From Pristiophorus japonicus (Eukaryota), in the NCBI RefSeq assembly GCF_044704955.1, contig NC_091990.1, positions 84,196,001-84,260,000 of the forward strand: DNA of 64,000 bases. Reading direction: 5' to 3'. The translations under genes and the position numbers were made by a program. Below are positions 37,954 to 50,000 of the stretch, piece by piece. Below the pieces are notes generated by a model, which searched no databases, was not told the origin of the DNA, and worked only from the letters and a program-made list of their open reading frames with translations. How positions within the stretch are numbered: position 1 is the stretch's first letter; the number at the start of each line of letters is the position of its first letter.

Positions 37954-38490
37954 ATCATCATAGGCAGTCCCTCGAAGCGAGGATGACTTGCTTCCACATC
38001 AAAAAGGGATGAGTTCACAGGTGTTTCAATGAAGGACCTAATATTCCAGATCCCGAACTTCATCTTGAAGGGTGGATGATGCCTGTGTGTGGCTTTTTTT
38101 AATGTGTGGTGACCGTTGCACACCAGCCACCACATGGGCTTGACAGAGCTAGGTTTTGGTCCAGTGGCAAGGATTACCCCCAGACAACTGGAGACCAGCT
38201 CTGCTGCACAGACCTAGTGCGCACACATTTCGCATTGTGGGCTGACCTGTGCTGCCCCTGGGCCCTTGCCTCTTCTGGGCCCCGAACTCCATGCCTCTCC
38301 TGGGCCCCGGTCATTTCCTTCTACAATCTCTCGCCGCTCCTTCGCCCCAACCTCACCGCTCCTGCTGTGCCTGCCCACTTGGCAATCAGCGACCTGGCTT
38401 TGCAGCCGGCGCCCTCCTGCAGCAGCACGCGCTGCTCCCTGCAGTGGTCTGCCCCGCACGCTGCTCCCTCCAATGGCCCCGGCCTGCTGA
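37954..38490 (-). mobile_element. RTE-derived internally deleted short element
   Basis: Reverse complement aligns with 17500-17812; retains KFGIWNIRS remnant then RTE tail. Confidence 0.8.
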
Positions 38491-38849
38491 TCTAATTGAA
38501 CAGTGGATCCAGCTCGAGGGGCTGAACTTACTTGCTACCCATAAACTAAAGAAGCGTAATGATACTAAGCCAAGCTTGTCTCTTGGAGCATTTCAGCGAG
38601 TCTTTGGAAAGACAGAAAGCCTGACAATACTCAGTGTTGAAACAATGAGAAGCCCACAAGGGCACATGTGACAGACATGATATCCAGTTCAAGTCACAAG
38701 TGGGTTCTACGGTTACAGCCCTGGGCTACGTTTGACAGATGGTGGGCAGAATTCCTGAACAGAGAACGCATGCAGTGCAAGAGAATATTAAAGGCAGACG
38801 CGAAACTGGCAATATCTAAGAGCACTTCTCGTCCGCGTCCCTGTTTGTT

Positions 38850-39590
38850 GAGGCTATGCTGGCTCTTTGAAAGAGCTATCCAACTAATCCCAGTCCTCTG
38901 CTCTTTCCTCATAGCCCTGTTCATTTTTTCCACTTTAAGTATTTCATCAATTTCCTTTTGAAAGTTAATACTCAATCTGCTTCCACCATTTCAGGCAGTG
39001 CATTTCAGATCATAATAACTCGCTGCCTAATTTTTGTTTTGCTCTTGTCGCCTCTGTTTTTTTTGCCAATTACCTTAAATCTGCGTCCTCTGGCTGCTGA
39101 CCCATCTGCCACGTTGGAACAGTTTCTCCTTCTTTACCCTATCAAAACCCTTCATGAGCTTGACTGCCTCTATCAAATCTTCCCTTAACCTTCTGTGGTC
39201 TCTGGAGACCAACCCCCATTTCTCCCGTCTCTCCACGCAACTGAAGTCTTTCATCCCTAGTACCATTTTAGTAAATCTCCTCTGCACCCTCTCTAAGGCC
39301 TTGACGTCCTTCCTAAAGTGTGGTGACCAGAATTGAAGACAATACTCCAGCTGACGCCAATGTTGTATACAGGTTTAGCACAACGTCCTTGCTTTTGTAC
39401 TCTATGCCTCTATTTATATGTGGGATTAAAGGGACAGTGACAGCATGGATACAACATTGGCTGAGGGACAGAAAGCAGAGAGTAGTGGTGAAGGACTGTT
39501 TATCAGACTGAGGGAAGTGGTCTTCCCCAGGGACTGGTATTGGGACCACTGCTCTCAATTACCTGGACTTTGGTGTACAGGGCACAATTT
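38850..39590. mobile_element. Old CR1 fragments: minus 38850-39417 joined to plus 39418-39590
   Basis: Minus: QRRFTKMV...RRLREDLIEA, FQKEID; plus: GIKGTVTAWIQHWLRDRKQRVVV. Confidence 0.75.
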
Positions 39591-39889
39591 CGTGAAGGCA
39601 TTCGTTTCCCCCTTCCCCGCCCCAGGATAGACTTCTTGCTGAGCTGCTATTCCACCCTTGCTGATCAACCTCCAGAACCTAACCCAAGTATCCTTTATTG
39701 ATCTGTAGGATTTAACAATAAGCATTGGCGTGCTCTTTGACTACAGAGGCATCACAGCTGAGTCCTATCCTGTTTTCACAACAGTGATTGTTGGATGGAT
39801 ATCAAAAGTGGGAACCCTCAGCTACTCACTGGGCCATTGGGCAAGGCCTAAACTACTCCAGCTTTAAATAAATGTTGTTAAAAGACAGC

Positions 39890-40260
39890 ACAACCGAGAA
39901 TAATGCCGGATTTCTGCCCAGAAATGAAGTGAAACTGCAGTGTTGTACTCCTCAGACAAGAATGTGTGAAGAGTGCCCACATGCAACAAAGTCCCAGGGG
40001 ATCCAATTGACATTTCCAGATTATGAAAGGAATTGGAAAAACTGATCCAGGTGACTTGTTCCTTGTGGTAAATGGTTCGAATATCAGTCGGCACAAGTTA
40101 AAATAAACAAAGGAGGAGTGGGGAGGAATTTTCAACACTGAGCAGCAAGAATTGCAGAACAAGTTAATGGGAAAGCCAATGAAGCAGACCATGTTAATGG
40201 GTTCAAGAAACAACGGGACATATAACTGGAAAAAGGGATCAGGGATATGAGGAGAAGTGG
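39890..40260 (+). mobile_element. Highly decayed CR1 3' fragment
   Basis: Remnants such as GDPIDIFQIMKG and HKLK, and a gggatcagggatatgaggaga end. Confidence 0.5.
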
Positions 40261-40269
40261 GCTTTGAAA

Positions 40270-40870
40270 TCATCATCATAGGCGGTCCCTCGAACGAGGA
40301 TGACTTGCTTCCACGAGTTCACAGATGTTTCAATGAAGGACCCGATGTTCCAGTCCTGAACTCCAGTTAAGGGCGTGGAAGATGCCTGTGCGTGGATTTT
40401 TTTAAAAATGTGGTGACTGTTGCACACCAGCCATCACACGGGCTTGACAGAGCTAGGCCTTTATCCAGTGTCAAGGGTCAACCTAGTGCGCGCACATATC
40501 GCAGTGTGGGCTGGTCCATGCTGCCCCGGGCCCACAGATCTTCTGGCCCCTATACCCTCATTTGCCGCACCTGCACACCAAACATTCGCCGAATCTCCGT
40601 CACGATCACCCACCAAATCTCAGCCACGATCCCTCATCGCTCCTCCGTCCCGATCACTCGCCGTACCTCCGCCCCAACCTTCCCTCTCCTCTGCTGTACC
40701 AGGGCCTCGCCGATGTTCCTGCCCACGCTCTAAACAGCGACCTGGGTCCTGATGACGCCACCCAGTCGCCCATCTTGAAACCGTCGCACACTTGTGTAAA
40801 CTTGCGGTGGAATTTCCAGTGGCCTGCTCCAGCTCTTTTTATAGCCCCGACCTGCGGAGATGTTCTCTCG
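40270..40870 (-). mobile_element. RTE-derived internally deleted short element
   Basis: Reverse complement shares the head cgcaggtcggggctataaa..gagctggagc and the 3' half and tail with 17383-17812, with a longer internal GC-rich segment. Confidence 0.8.
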
Positions 40871-41049
40871 CCCAAATACTGGTAGAGAAGTTACAGACCC
40901 CATCACTATTGTTATAAATGCCCTAAGTTTTGTCCTCAATAAATAGAAATGTGAGCAGATTGCCAAAGTGTCAGTAAGGCCCTTAAAATAACTCACAAAT
41001 TAATTCTCCTGATAAGCCCCTTCTTCAAGCAGCCTCTCACTTCCTCCAA

Positions 41050-41336
41050 CGTTCAAAATGGCGTCCGTAGTGCCAAGTCCTGCCGAACAGTGCCAGTCAG
41101 GAGCAGCTTATCTCCAGCAATCTTCTTGGCGAGCGATCAGCCCGGCGATGTAGCAAAAGTTGCGGTGGGCAATCACCTCGGCGATGTGAAATTCTTGTGT
41201 GCTGAACGTTGGGCCGGCGATCTTTGGGCAATGTTCCGGCCCAACTTTCCAATTTTAAGGTGAAATGGGCAATAGCCTGCTTATTTAGGTGATAGATGGG
41301 CGATAGCCCAGCGATCATCAGGGGAAAGTCTAGCCC
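41050..41336. mobile_element. Probable one-sided end of a non-autonomous DNA transposon
   Basis: CpG-rich segment with repeated ggcgat motifs, ending ggaaagtctagccc, similar in style to the MITE TIR; partner TIR not found. Confidence 0.4.
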
Positions 41337-41339
41337 ATA

Positions 41340-43260
41340 GAAAAATGTTGTCGGAGAATCAAACTAATCAACTACTTCAGAGACTCACTACAACCCAAAT
41401 GTCCTTTCACACCAACATCAGGCTGGATACCTCCCGACCACCAGAAAACAAAACAGACCCATAGATCCTAAGTTTCATAGAGGAAACCCAAACACAGATA
41501 GGGAAAATCCCCTCACTGACGGACAAACATAACCTCACCAGAAAAGAAAGATTGGCGTTAATAGAATGAAGAAACAACACAGATGTAGTCATAAAACCAG
41601 CAGATAAGGGGAGCAATACAGTAATCCTGGATAGACAACAATACCGGTTGGAGGCACACAGACAACTGAACAACACAGAACACCACATTAAACTAACGAA
41701 ACCCATCTTCCTAGAAACACAAAAATAAATTTTACACATATTACTGAACTTAAGGGATTCAAAACATATCGGGGACAAATAACTCGATTACCTAAGTGGG
41801 GAACCCCAACCCAGAAAATGTTATTTACTCCCCAAAATACACAAACACCCAGATACATGAACAGTACCGGAGAAGTACCAGCAGGAAGACCCATTGTGTC
41901 AGCCTGTGGGAGCGAATTCTGTAGGGTAGCAAAATACCTTATTGACTCATTCCTAAACCGTCTGGCACAAAAACACCCAGCTATATCAAAGACACATACC
42001 ATTTTACAGAAATAATAAATGCATTGACAATACCCCCAAATGGTATACTATTCACAATGGACATTGAAAGCCTATACACAAACATAGGGAACTCCAGGCG
42101 ATTCAGAACAGCTTTGCGAAATATCCCCAAGCAAACAGACCAGACGAGGCCATAATACGGTTACTACGCCTGGGCTTAATAAAGAATGACTTTGAGTTTG
42201 ACGATAAACGCTATCTTCAAATCAAAAGTACAGCCATGGGTAAGAAATTTGCCCTGGCCTATGTGAACATCTACATGGCAAATTGGGAAACCACAGCCTT
42301 CCAAAGATGCCCCAAACTCCCCCTATGTTACCACAGATATCTGGATGACATATGGGGCGTGTGGGCACACACACAAACAGAACTGAAAGGATTGATAGAC
42401 ACCCTTAACAGTCACCACCCCGCAATCAAACTGAAAGCTGTAACACAGAGGGAGAACGTTGACTTCTTGGACACTACAGTCTTCAAAATACAACAGCAGG
42501 ATGGCAATTTTAAACTAGCCACCAAGGTATTTTTTTAAGACCCACACACACAAAGCCACCACCCAAAACAGCACAAGACTAGAGGATTTCAACCAAACAG
42601 CCGCAATCCTCTTCACGGCCCTAAGACACAGGGGATACACAAGGAGATTCCTCAGACACATCGTGCAACTTCCTCAAACAAATAGCACAAACACAAAAAA
42701 CGAAGAACCAAACACACAAATTGTCACCAATAACAAGCTACAACACAAGCACCCAACAAATTCAGAGACTAACAAAAATCCTCTGAAAAATTCAAAAACC
42801 ATGTCACCTCACTGAGCAAGTACCAAATCACATCAGCCTTCAAAAGGGGAAAAAACCTAAAAGACATTCTCATCAGAAGCAGAACGCACACAACATACGA
42901 CCAGGGGCACCAGAATTGTGACACATGTAGACACCTAAAAATCACAGAAAGTCAGGGAAATCTCTGAATAAGAAAGAAAATCACATGCGAACAATACAAT
43001 TTAGTCGACGCAGTACATTGCAAACAATGCCACATGTTATACATTGGGGAAACAGCAAACACATTAAGGACCAGGCTGAACAACCAGCTAAAGGCCATCC
43101 AGAATAATAACAATTCTGAAGCGGTTAACAGATACTTCATAGAACATGGAACCCAATTTCTGGAGATCACAGAACTAGAAAACAGTATCAATTGGACACT
43201 CTCAGGGAGGAATAGGAGGAATCACAAACCTGGAGACACAAATACCAAAGGGCTGAAACC
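41340..43260 (+). mobile_element. Penelope-like retroelement (RT + GIY-YIG endonuclease), probably Neptune-type, decayed and 5'-truncated
   Basis: Across frames: HNLTRKERLAL, VVIKPADKGSNTVILDR, YLLPKIHK, GRPIVSACGSE, LFTMDIESLYTNI, YLQIKSTAMG, YHRYLDDIWGVW, FLD, NLKDILIRS, CDTC linker, CKQCHMLYIGET...LRTRL. Confidence 0.92.
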
Positions 43261-43268
43261 AAACACAA

Positions 43269-43304
43269 TAGGGTTGGGGTTAGGGTTAGCCTAAACCCTA
43301 AACC
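43269..43304. repeat. Short head-to-head telomere-like motifs
   Basis: tagggttggggttagggttag immediately followed by cctaaaccctaaacc; further cctaac motifs at 43461, 43497 and 43545-43555. Confidence 0.75.
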
Positions 43305-44016
43305 GAACTGGTACTGCAGGGAATCAAATCCGGCCAGGGTGATCTCCTGGACTAGTTTCGATCGCCTGGATGGGTCGGAAAGGAACTTTCCCAGACATTT
43401 TTTCCCGAATTGGCTGGGTTTTTATCTGGTTTTTGCATCTCCCAGGAGATCACATGGCTTCCTAACCTGAACCCGATCCCCAACTTCAAGGGGAGCCCTA
43501 ACAGGCGTCTACCCCACTGACCTCACGACCCGAAATGACACAATCTAACCCTAACTTTAACAGGGGCAAAGGAAAAAAAATGTTACATTCAAAATAAGCC
43601 TACATGGAGACAAAGGAAAGAATTTGTAGTGAAGATAGACGGGGGTAAGGCGAATTAAAGCATTGAAAGTCAAGAAAGGCTTTTCTAAGCCAAGCAAAGA
43701 GCTCAAAGTCAAAAAAAGACTAGATAGCAAACCATGGAAAGCGGGAATTAACCAAAAATGTCAGATACCAAAACATTTTTTTTTAAACCCCTAGAGTATA
43801 CACCACCTCAATACCCGAAGTACCACAACCCTTTGGGGCACACCTTGGAGAACAAGGATACTCCCAGACAGGAGTACAAAAGAGAAAAAACAAATAGAGG
43901 TAAGAAAAGCTGAATAGCAGGCTATGGAAAGATTGAGCCGATCAAAAGTGACAGCGAACAGGAGGATAAAACTCCACAGGGGTACATTGCCCCACTGCCC
44001 GAAACAACAAAATATA

Positions 44017-47000
44017 GTCACCATTCCCCGATCACTGCCCCCAATCACCATTCCCCGATCACTGCCCCCAGACACCATTCCACGATCACTGCCCCCAGAC
44101 ACCATTCCCCAATCACCATTCCCCGATCACAGCCCCCCAATCACCATTCCCCGATCACTGCCCCCAATCACCATTCCCCGATCACTGCCCCCCAATCACC
44201 ATTCCCCGATCACTGCCCTCCAATCACCATTCCCCGATCAGTGAACCCAATCACTATTCCCCGATCACTGCCCCCAATCACCATTCCCCGATCACTGCCC
44301 TCCAATCACCATTCCCCGATCACTGCCCCCAATCACCATTCCCCGATCACTGCCCCCAATCACCATTCCCCGATCACTGCCCCCAATCACCATTCCCCAA
44401 TCACTGCCCCCCAATCACCATTCCCCGATCACTGCCCCCAATCACCATTCCCCGATCACTGCCCCAAATCACCATTCCCCGATCACTGCCCCAGTCACCA
44501 TTCCCCGATCACTGCCCCCAATCACCATTCCCCGATCACTGCCCCCAATCACCATTTCCCGATCACTGCCCCCAATCACCATTCCCCAATCACTGCCCCC
44601 CAATCACCATTCCCTGATCACTGCCCCCAATCACCATTCCCCGATCACTGCCCCCAATCACCATTCCCCGATCACTGACCCCAATCACCATTCCCCAATC
44701 ACCATTCCCCGATCACTGCCTCCAATCACCATTCCCCGATCACTGCCCCCAATCACCATTCCCCGATCACTGCCCCCAATCGCCATTCCCCGATCACTGC
44801 CCCTGTCACCATTCCCCGATCACTGCCCCCAATCACCATTCCCCGATCACTGCCCCCAATCACCATTCCCCGATCACTGCCCCTCAGTCACCATTCCCCG
44901 ATCACCATTCCCCAATCACCATTCCCCGATCACTGCCCCCAATCACCATTCCCCGATCACTGCCCCCCAGTCACCATTCCCCGATCACCATTCCCCAATC
45001 ACCATTCCCCGATCAGTGCCCCCCAATCACCATTCCCCGATCACTGTCCCCCCAATCACCATTCCCCGATCACTGCCCCCAATCACCATTCCCCGATCAC
45101 TGCCGCCCAATCACCATACCCCGATCATTGCCCCCAATCACCATTCTCCGATCACTGCCCCCAATCACCATTCCCCGATCACTGCCCCCAATCACCATTC
45201 CCCGATCACTGCCCCCCAATCACCATTCCCCGATCACCATTCCCCAATCATTGCCCCCCCAATCACCATTCCCCGATCACTGCCCCCAATCACCATTCCC
45301 CGATCACTGCCCCCAATCACCATTCCCCGATCACTGACCCCAATCACCATTCCCCAATCACCATTCCCCGATCACTGCCCAAAATCACCATTCCCCGATC
45401 ACTGCCCCCAATCACCATTCCCCAATCACCATTCCCCGATCACCATTCCCCAATCACCATTCCCCGATCAGTGCCCCCAATCACCATTCCCCTATCACCA
45501 TTCCCCAATCACCATTCCCCGATCACTGCCCCCAATCACCATTCCCCGATCACTGCCCCCAATCACCATTCCCGATCACTGCCCCCCCAATCACCATTCC
45601 CCGATCACTGCCCCCCAATCACCATTCCCCGATCACGGCCCCCAATCACCATTCCCCGATCACTGTCCCCAATCACCATTCCCGATCACTGCCCCCAATC
45701 ACCATTCCCCGATCACTATCCCCAATCACCATTCCCCGATCACTGCCCCCCCAATCACCATTCCCCGATCACTGCCGCCAATCACCATTCCCTGATCAGG
45801 GCCTCCAATCACCATTCCCCGATCACTGCCCCCCAATCACCATTCCCCGATCACTGCCCCCAATCACCATTCCCCGATCACTGCCCCCAATCACCATTCC
45901 CCGATCACTGCCCCCAATCACCATTCCCCAATCACCATTCCCCGATCACTGCCCCCAATCACCATTCCCCGATCACTGCCCCCCAATCACCATTTCCTGA
46001 TCACTGCCCCCCAATCACCATTCCCCGATCACTGCCTCCAATCACCATTCCCCGATCTCTGTCCCCAATCACCATTCCCGATCACTGCCCCCCAATCACC
46101 ATTTCCTGATCACTGCCCCCAATCACCATTCCCCGATCACTGCCTCCAATCACCATTCCCCGATCTCTGTCCCCAATCACCATTCCCCGATCACTGCCCC
46201 CCCAATCACCATTCCCCGATCACTGCCGCCAATCACCATTCCCCGATCACTGCCCCCAATCACCATTCCCCGATCACTGCCCCCAATCACCATTCCCCAA
46301 TCACTGCCCCAGTCACCATTCCCCGATCACTGCCCCCAATCACCATTCCCCGATCACTGCCCCCAATCACCATTCCCCGATCACTGCCCCTCAGTCACCA
46401 TTCCCCGATCACCATTCCCCAATCACCATTCCCCGATCACTGCCCCCAATCACCATTCCCCGATCACTGCCCCCCAGTCACCATTCCCCGATCACCATTC
46501 CCCAATCAGTGACCCCAATCACCATTCCCCGATCACTGTCCCCCCAATCACCATTCCCCGATCACTGCCCCCAATCACCATTCCCCGATCACTGCCCCCA
46601 ATCACCATTCCCCGATCACTGCCGCCCAATCACCATACCCCGATCATTGCCCCCAATCACCATTCTCCGATCACTGCCCCCCAATCACCATTCCCCGATC
46701 ACTGCCCCCAATCACCATTCCCCGATCACTGCCCCCCAATCACCATTCCCCGATCACCATTCCCCAATCATTGCCCCCCCAATCACCATTCCCCGATCAC
46801 TGCCCCCAATCACCATTCCCCGATCACTGACCCCAATCACCATTCCCCAATCACCATTCCCCGATCACTGCCCAAAATCACCATTCCCCGATCACTGCCC
46901 CCAATCACCATTCCCCAATCACCATTCCCCGATCACCATTCCCCAATCACCATTCCCCGATCAGTGCCCCCAATCACCATTCCCCTATCACCATTCCCCA

Positions 47001-50000
47001 ATCACCATTCCCCGATCACTGCCCCCAATCACCATTCCCCGATCACTGCCCCCAATCACCATTCCCGATCACTGCCCCCAATCACCATTCCCCGATCACT
47101 ATCCCCAATCACCATTCCCCGATCACTATCCCCAATCACCATTCCCCGATCACTGCCCCCCAATCACCATTCCCCGATCACGGCCCCCAATCACCATTCC
47201 CCGATCACTGTCCCCAATCACCATTCCCGATCACTGCCCCCAATCACCATTCCCCGATCACTATCCCCAATCACCATTCCCCGATCACTGCCCCCCCAAT
47301 CACCATTCCCCGATCACTGCCGCCAATCACCATTCCCTGATCAGGGCCCCCAATCACCATTCCCCGATCACTGCCGCCAATCACCATTCCCCGATCACTG
47401 CCCCCCCAATCACCATTCCTCGATCACTGCCCCCCAATCACCATTCCCCGATCACTGCCTCCAATCACCATTCCCCGATCACTGCCCCCAATCACCATTC
47501 CCCGATCACTGCCCCCCCAATCACCATTCCCCGATCACTGCCCCCAATCACCATTCCCCAATCACTGCCCCCAATCACCATTCCCCGATCACTGCCCCCC
47601 AATCACCATTCCCCGATCACTGCCCCCAATCACCATTCCCCGATCACTGCCCCCAATCACCATTCCCCGATCACTGCCCCCCAATCACCATCACCATTCC
47701 CCGATCACTGCCCCCAATCACCATTCCCCGATCACTGCCCCCAATCACCATTCCCCGATCACTGCCCCCCAATCACCATTCCCCAATCACCATTCCCCGA
47801 TCACTGCCCCCCAATCACCATTTCCTGATCACTGCCCCCAATCACCATTCCCCGATCACTGCCCCCAATCACCATTCCCCGATCTCTGTCCCCAATCACC
47901 ATTCCCGATCACTGCCCCCAATCACCATTCCCCGATCACTATCCCCAATCACCATTCCCCGATCACTGCCCCCCCAATCACCATTCCCCGATCACTGCCC
48001 CCAATCACCATTCCCCAATCACTGCCCCCAATCACCATTCCCCGATCACTGCCCCCCAATCACCATTCCCCGATCACTGCCCCCAATCACCATTCCCCGA
48101 TCACTGCCCCCAATCACCATTCCCCGATCACTGCCCCCCAATCACCATTCCCCGATCACTGCCCCCAATCACCATTCCCCGATCACTGCCCCCAATCACC
48201 ATTCCCCGATCACTGCCCCCAATCACCATTCCCCGATCACTGCCCCCCAATCACCATTCCCCAATCACCATTCCCCGATCACTGCCCCCCAATCACCATT
48301 TCCTGATCACTGCCCCCCAATCACCATTCCCCGATCACTGCACCCAATCACCATTCCCCGATCTCTGTCCCCAATCACCATTCCCGATCACTGCCCCCAA
48401 TCACCATTCCCCGATCACTATCCCCAATCACCATTCCCCGATCACTGCCCCCCCAATCACCATTCCCCGATCACTGCCGCCAATCACCATTCCCTGATCA
48501 GTGCCGCCAATCACCATTCCCCGATCACTGCCCCCAATCACCATTCCCCGATCACTGCCGCCAATCACCATTCCCCGATCACTGCCTCCAAACACCATTC
48601 CCTGATCAGTGCCCCCAATCACCATTCCCTGATCACCATTCCCCAATCACCATTCCCCGATCACTGCCGCCAATCACCATTCCCCAATCACTGCCCCCCC
48701 AATCACCATTCCCCGATCACTGACCCCAATCACCATTCCCCGATCACTGCCTCCAAACACCATTCCCTGATCACTGCCCCCCAATCACCATTCCCCGATC
48801 ACCATTCCCCAATCACCATTCCCCGATCACTGCCCCCAATCACCATTCCCCGATCACTGCCCCCCAGTCACCATTCCCCGATCACTGCCCCCCCAATCAC
48901 CATTCCCCGATCACTGCCGCCAATCACCATTCCCTGATCAGTGCCGCCAATCACCATTCCCCGATCACTGCCCCCAATCACCATTCCCCGATCACTGCCT
49001 CCAAACACCATTCCCTGATCAGTGCCCCCAATCACCATTCCCTGATCACCATTCCCCAATCACCATTCCCCGATCAGTGCCCCCCAATCACCATTCCCCG
49101 ATCACTGCCCCCAATCACCATTCCCCGATCACTGCCCCCAATCACCATTCCCCGATCACTGCCGCCCAATCACCATACCCCGATCATTGCCCCCAATCAC
49201 CATTCTCCGATCACTGCCCCCCAATCACCATTCCCCGATCACTGCCCCCAATCTCCATTCCCCGATCACTGCCCGCCAATCACCATTCCCCGATCACCAT
49301 TCCCCAATTATTGCCCCCCCAATCACCATTCCCCGATCACTGCCCCCAATCACCATTCCCCGATCACTGACCCCAATCACCATTCCCCGATCACTGCCCC
49401 CAATCACCATTCCCCAATCACCATTCCCCGATCACCATTCCCCAATCACCATTCCCCGATCACTGCCCAAAATCACCATTCCCCGATCACTGCCCCCAAT
49501 CACCATTCCCCAATCACCATTCCCCGATCACCATTCCCCAATCACCATTCCCCGATCAGTGCCCCCAATCACCATTCCCCTATCACCATTCCCCAATCAC
49601 CATTCCCCGATCACTGCCCCCAATCACCATTCCCCGATCACTGCCCCCAATCACCATTCCCGATCACTGCCCCCAATCACCATTCCCCGATCACTATCCC
49701 CAATCACCATTGCCCGATCACTATCCCCAATCACCATACACCGATCACTGCCCCCCCAATCACCATTCCCCGATCACTGCCCCCCAATCACCATTCCCCG
49801 ATCACTGCCCCCAATCACCATTCCCCGATCACTGTCCCCAATCACCATTCCCGATCACTGCCCCCAATCACCATTCCCCGATCACTATCCCCAATCACCA
49901 TTCACCGATCACTGCCCCCCCAATCACCATTCCCCGATCACTGCCGCCAATCACCATTCCCTGATCAGTGCCCCCAATCACCATTCCCCGATCTCTGTCC

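Noticed and set aside
38668-38961. 97-aa ORF as a host gene
   Set aside because: No recognisable domain or splice context; its 3' part is antisense CR1 sequence
43269-43304. Telomere-telomere chromosome fusion site
   Set aside because: Only about three degenerate units per side, located inside a retroelement end
43505-43540. Hammerhead ribozyme in a PLE pseudo-LTR (ctgacctcacgacccgaaa)
   Set aside because: Lacks the CUGANGA core and a convincing stem II; a covariance-model search on the family consensus would be needed
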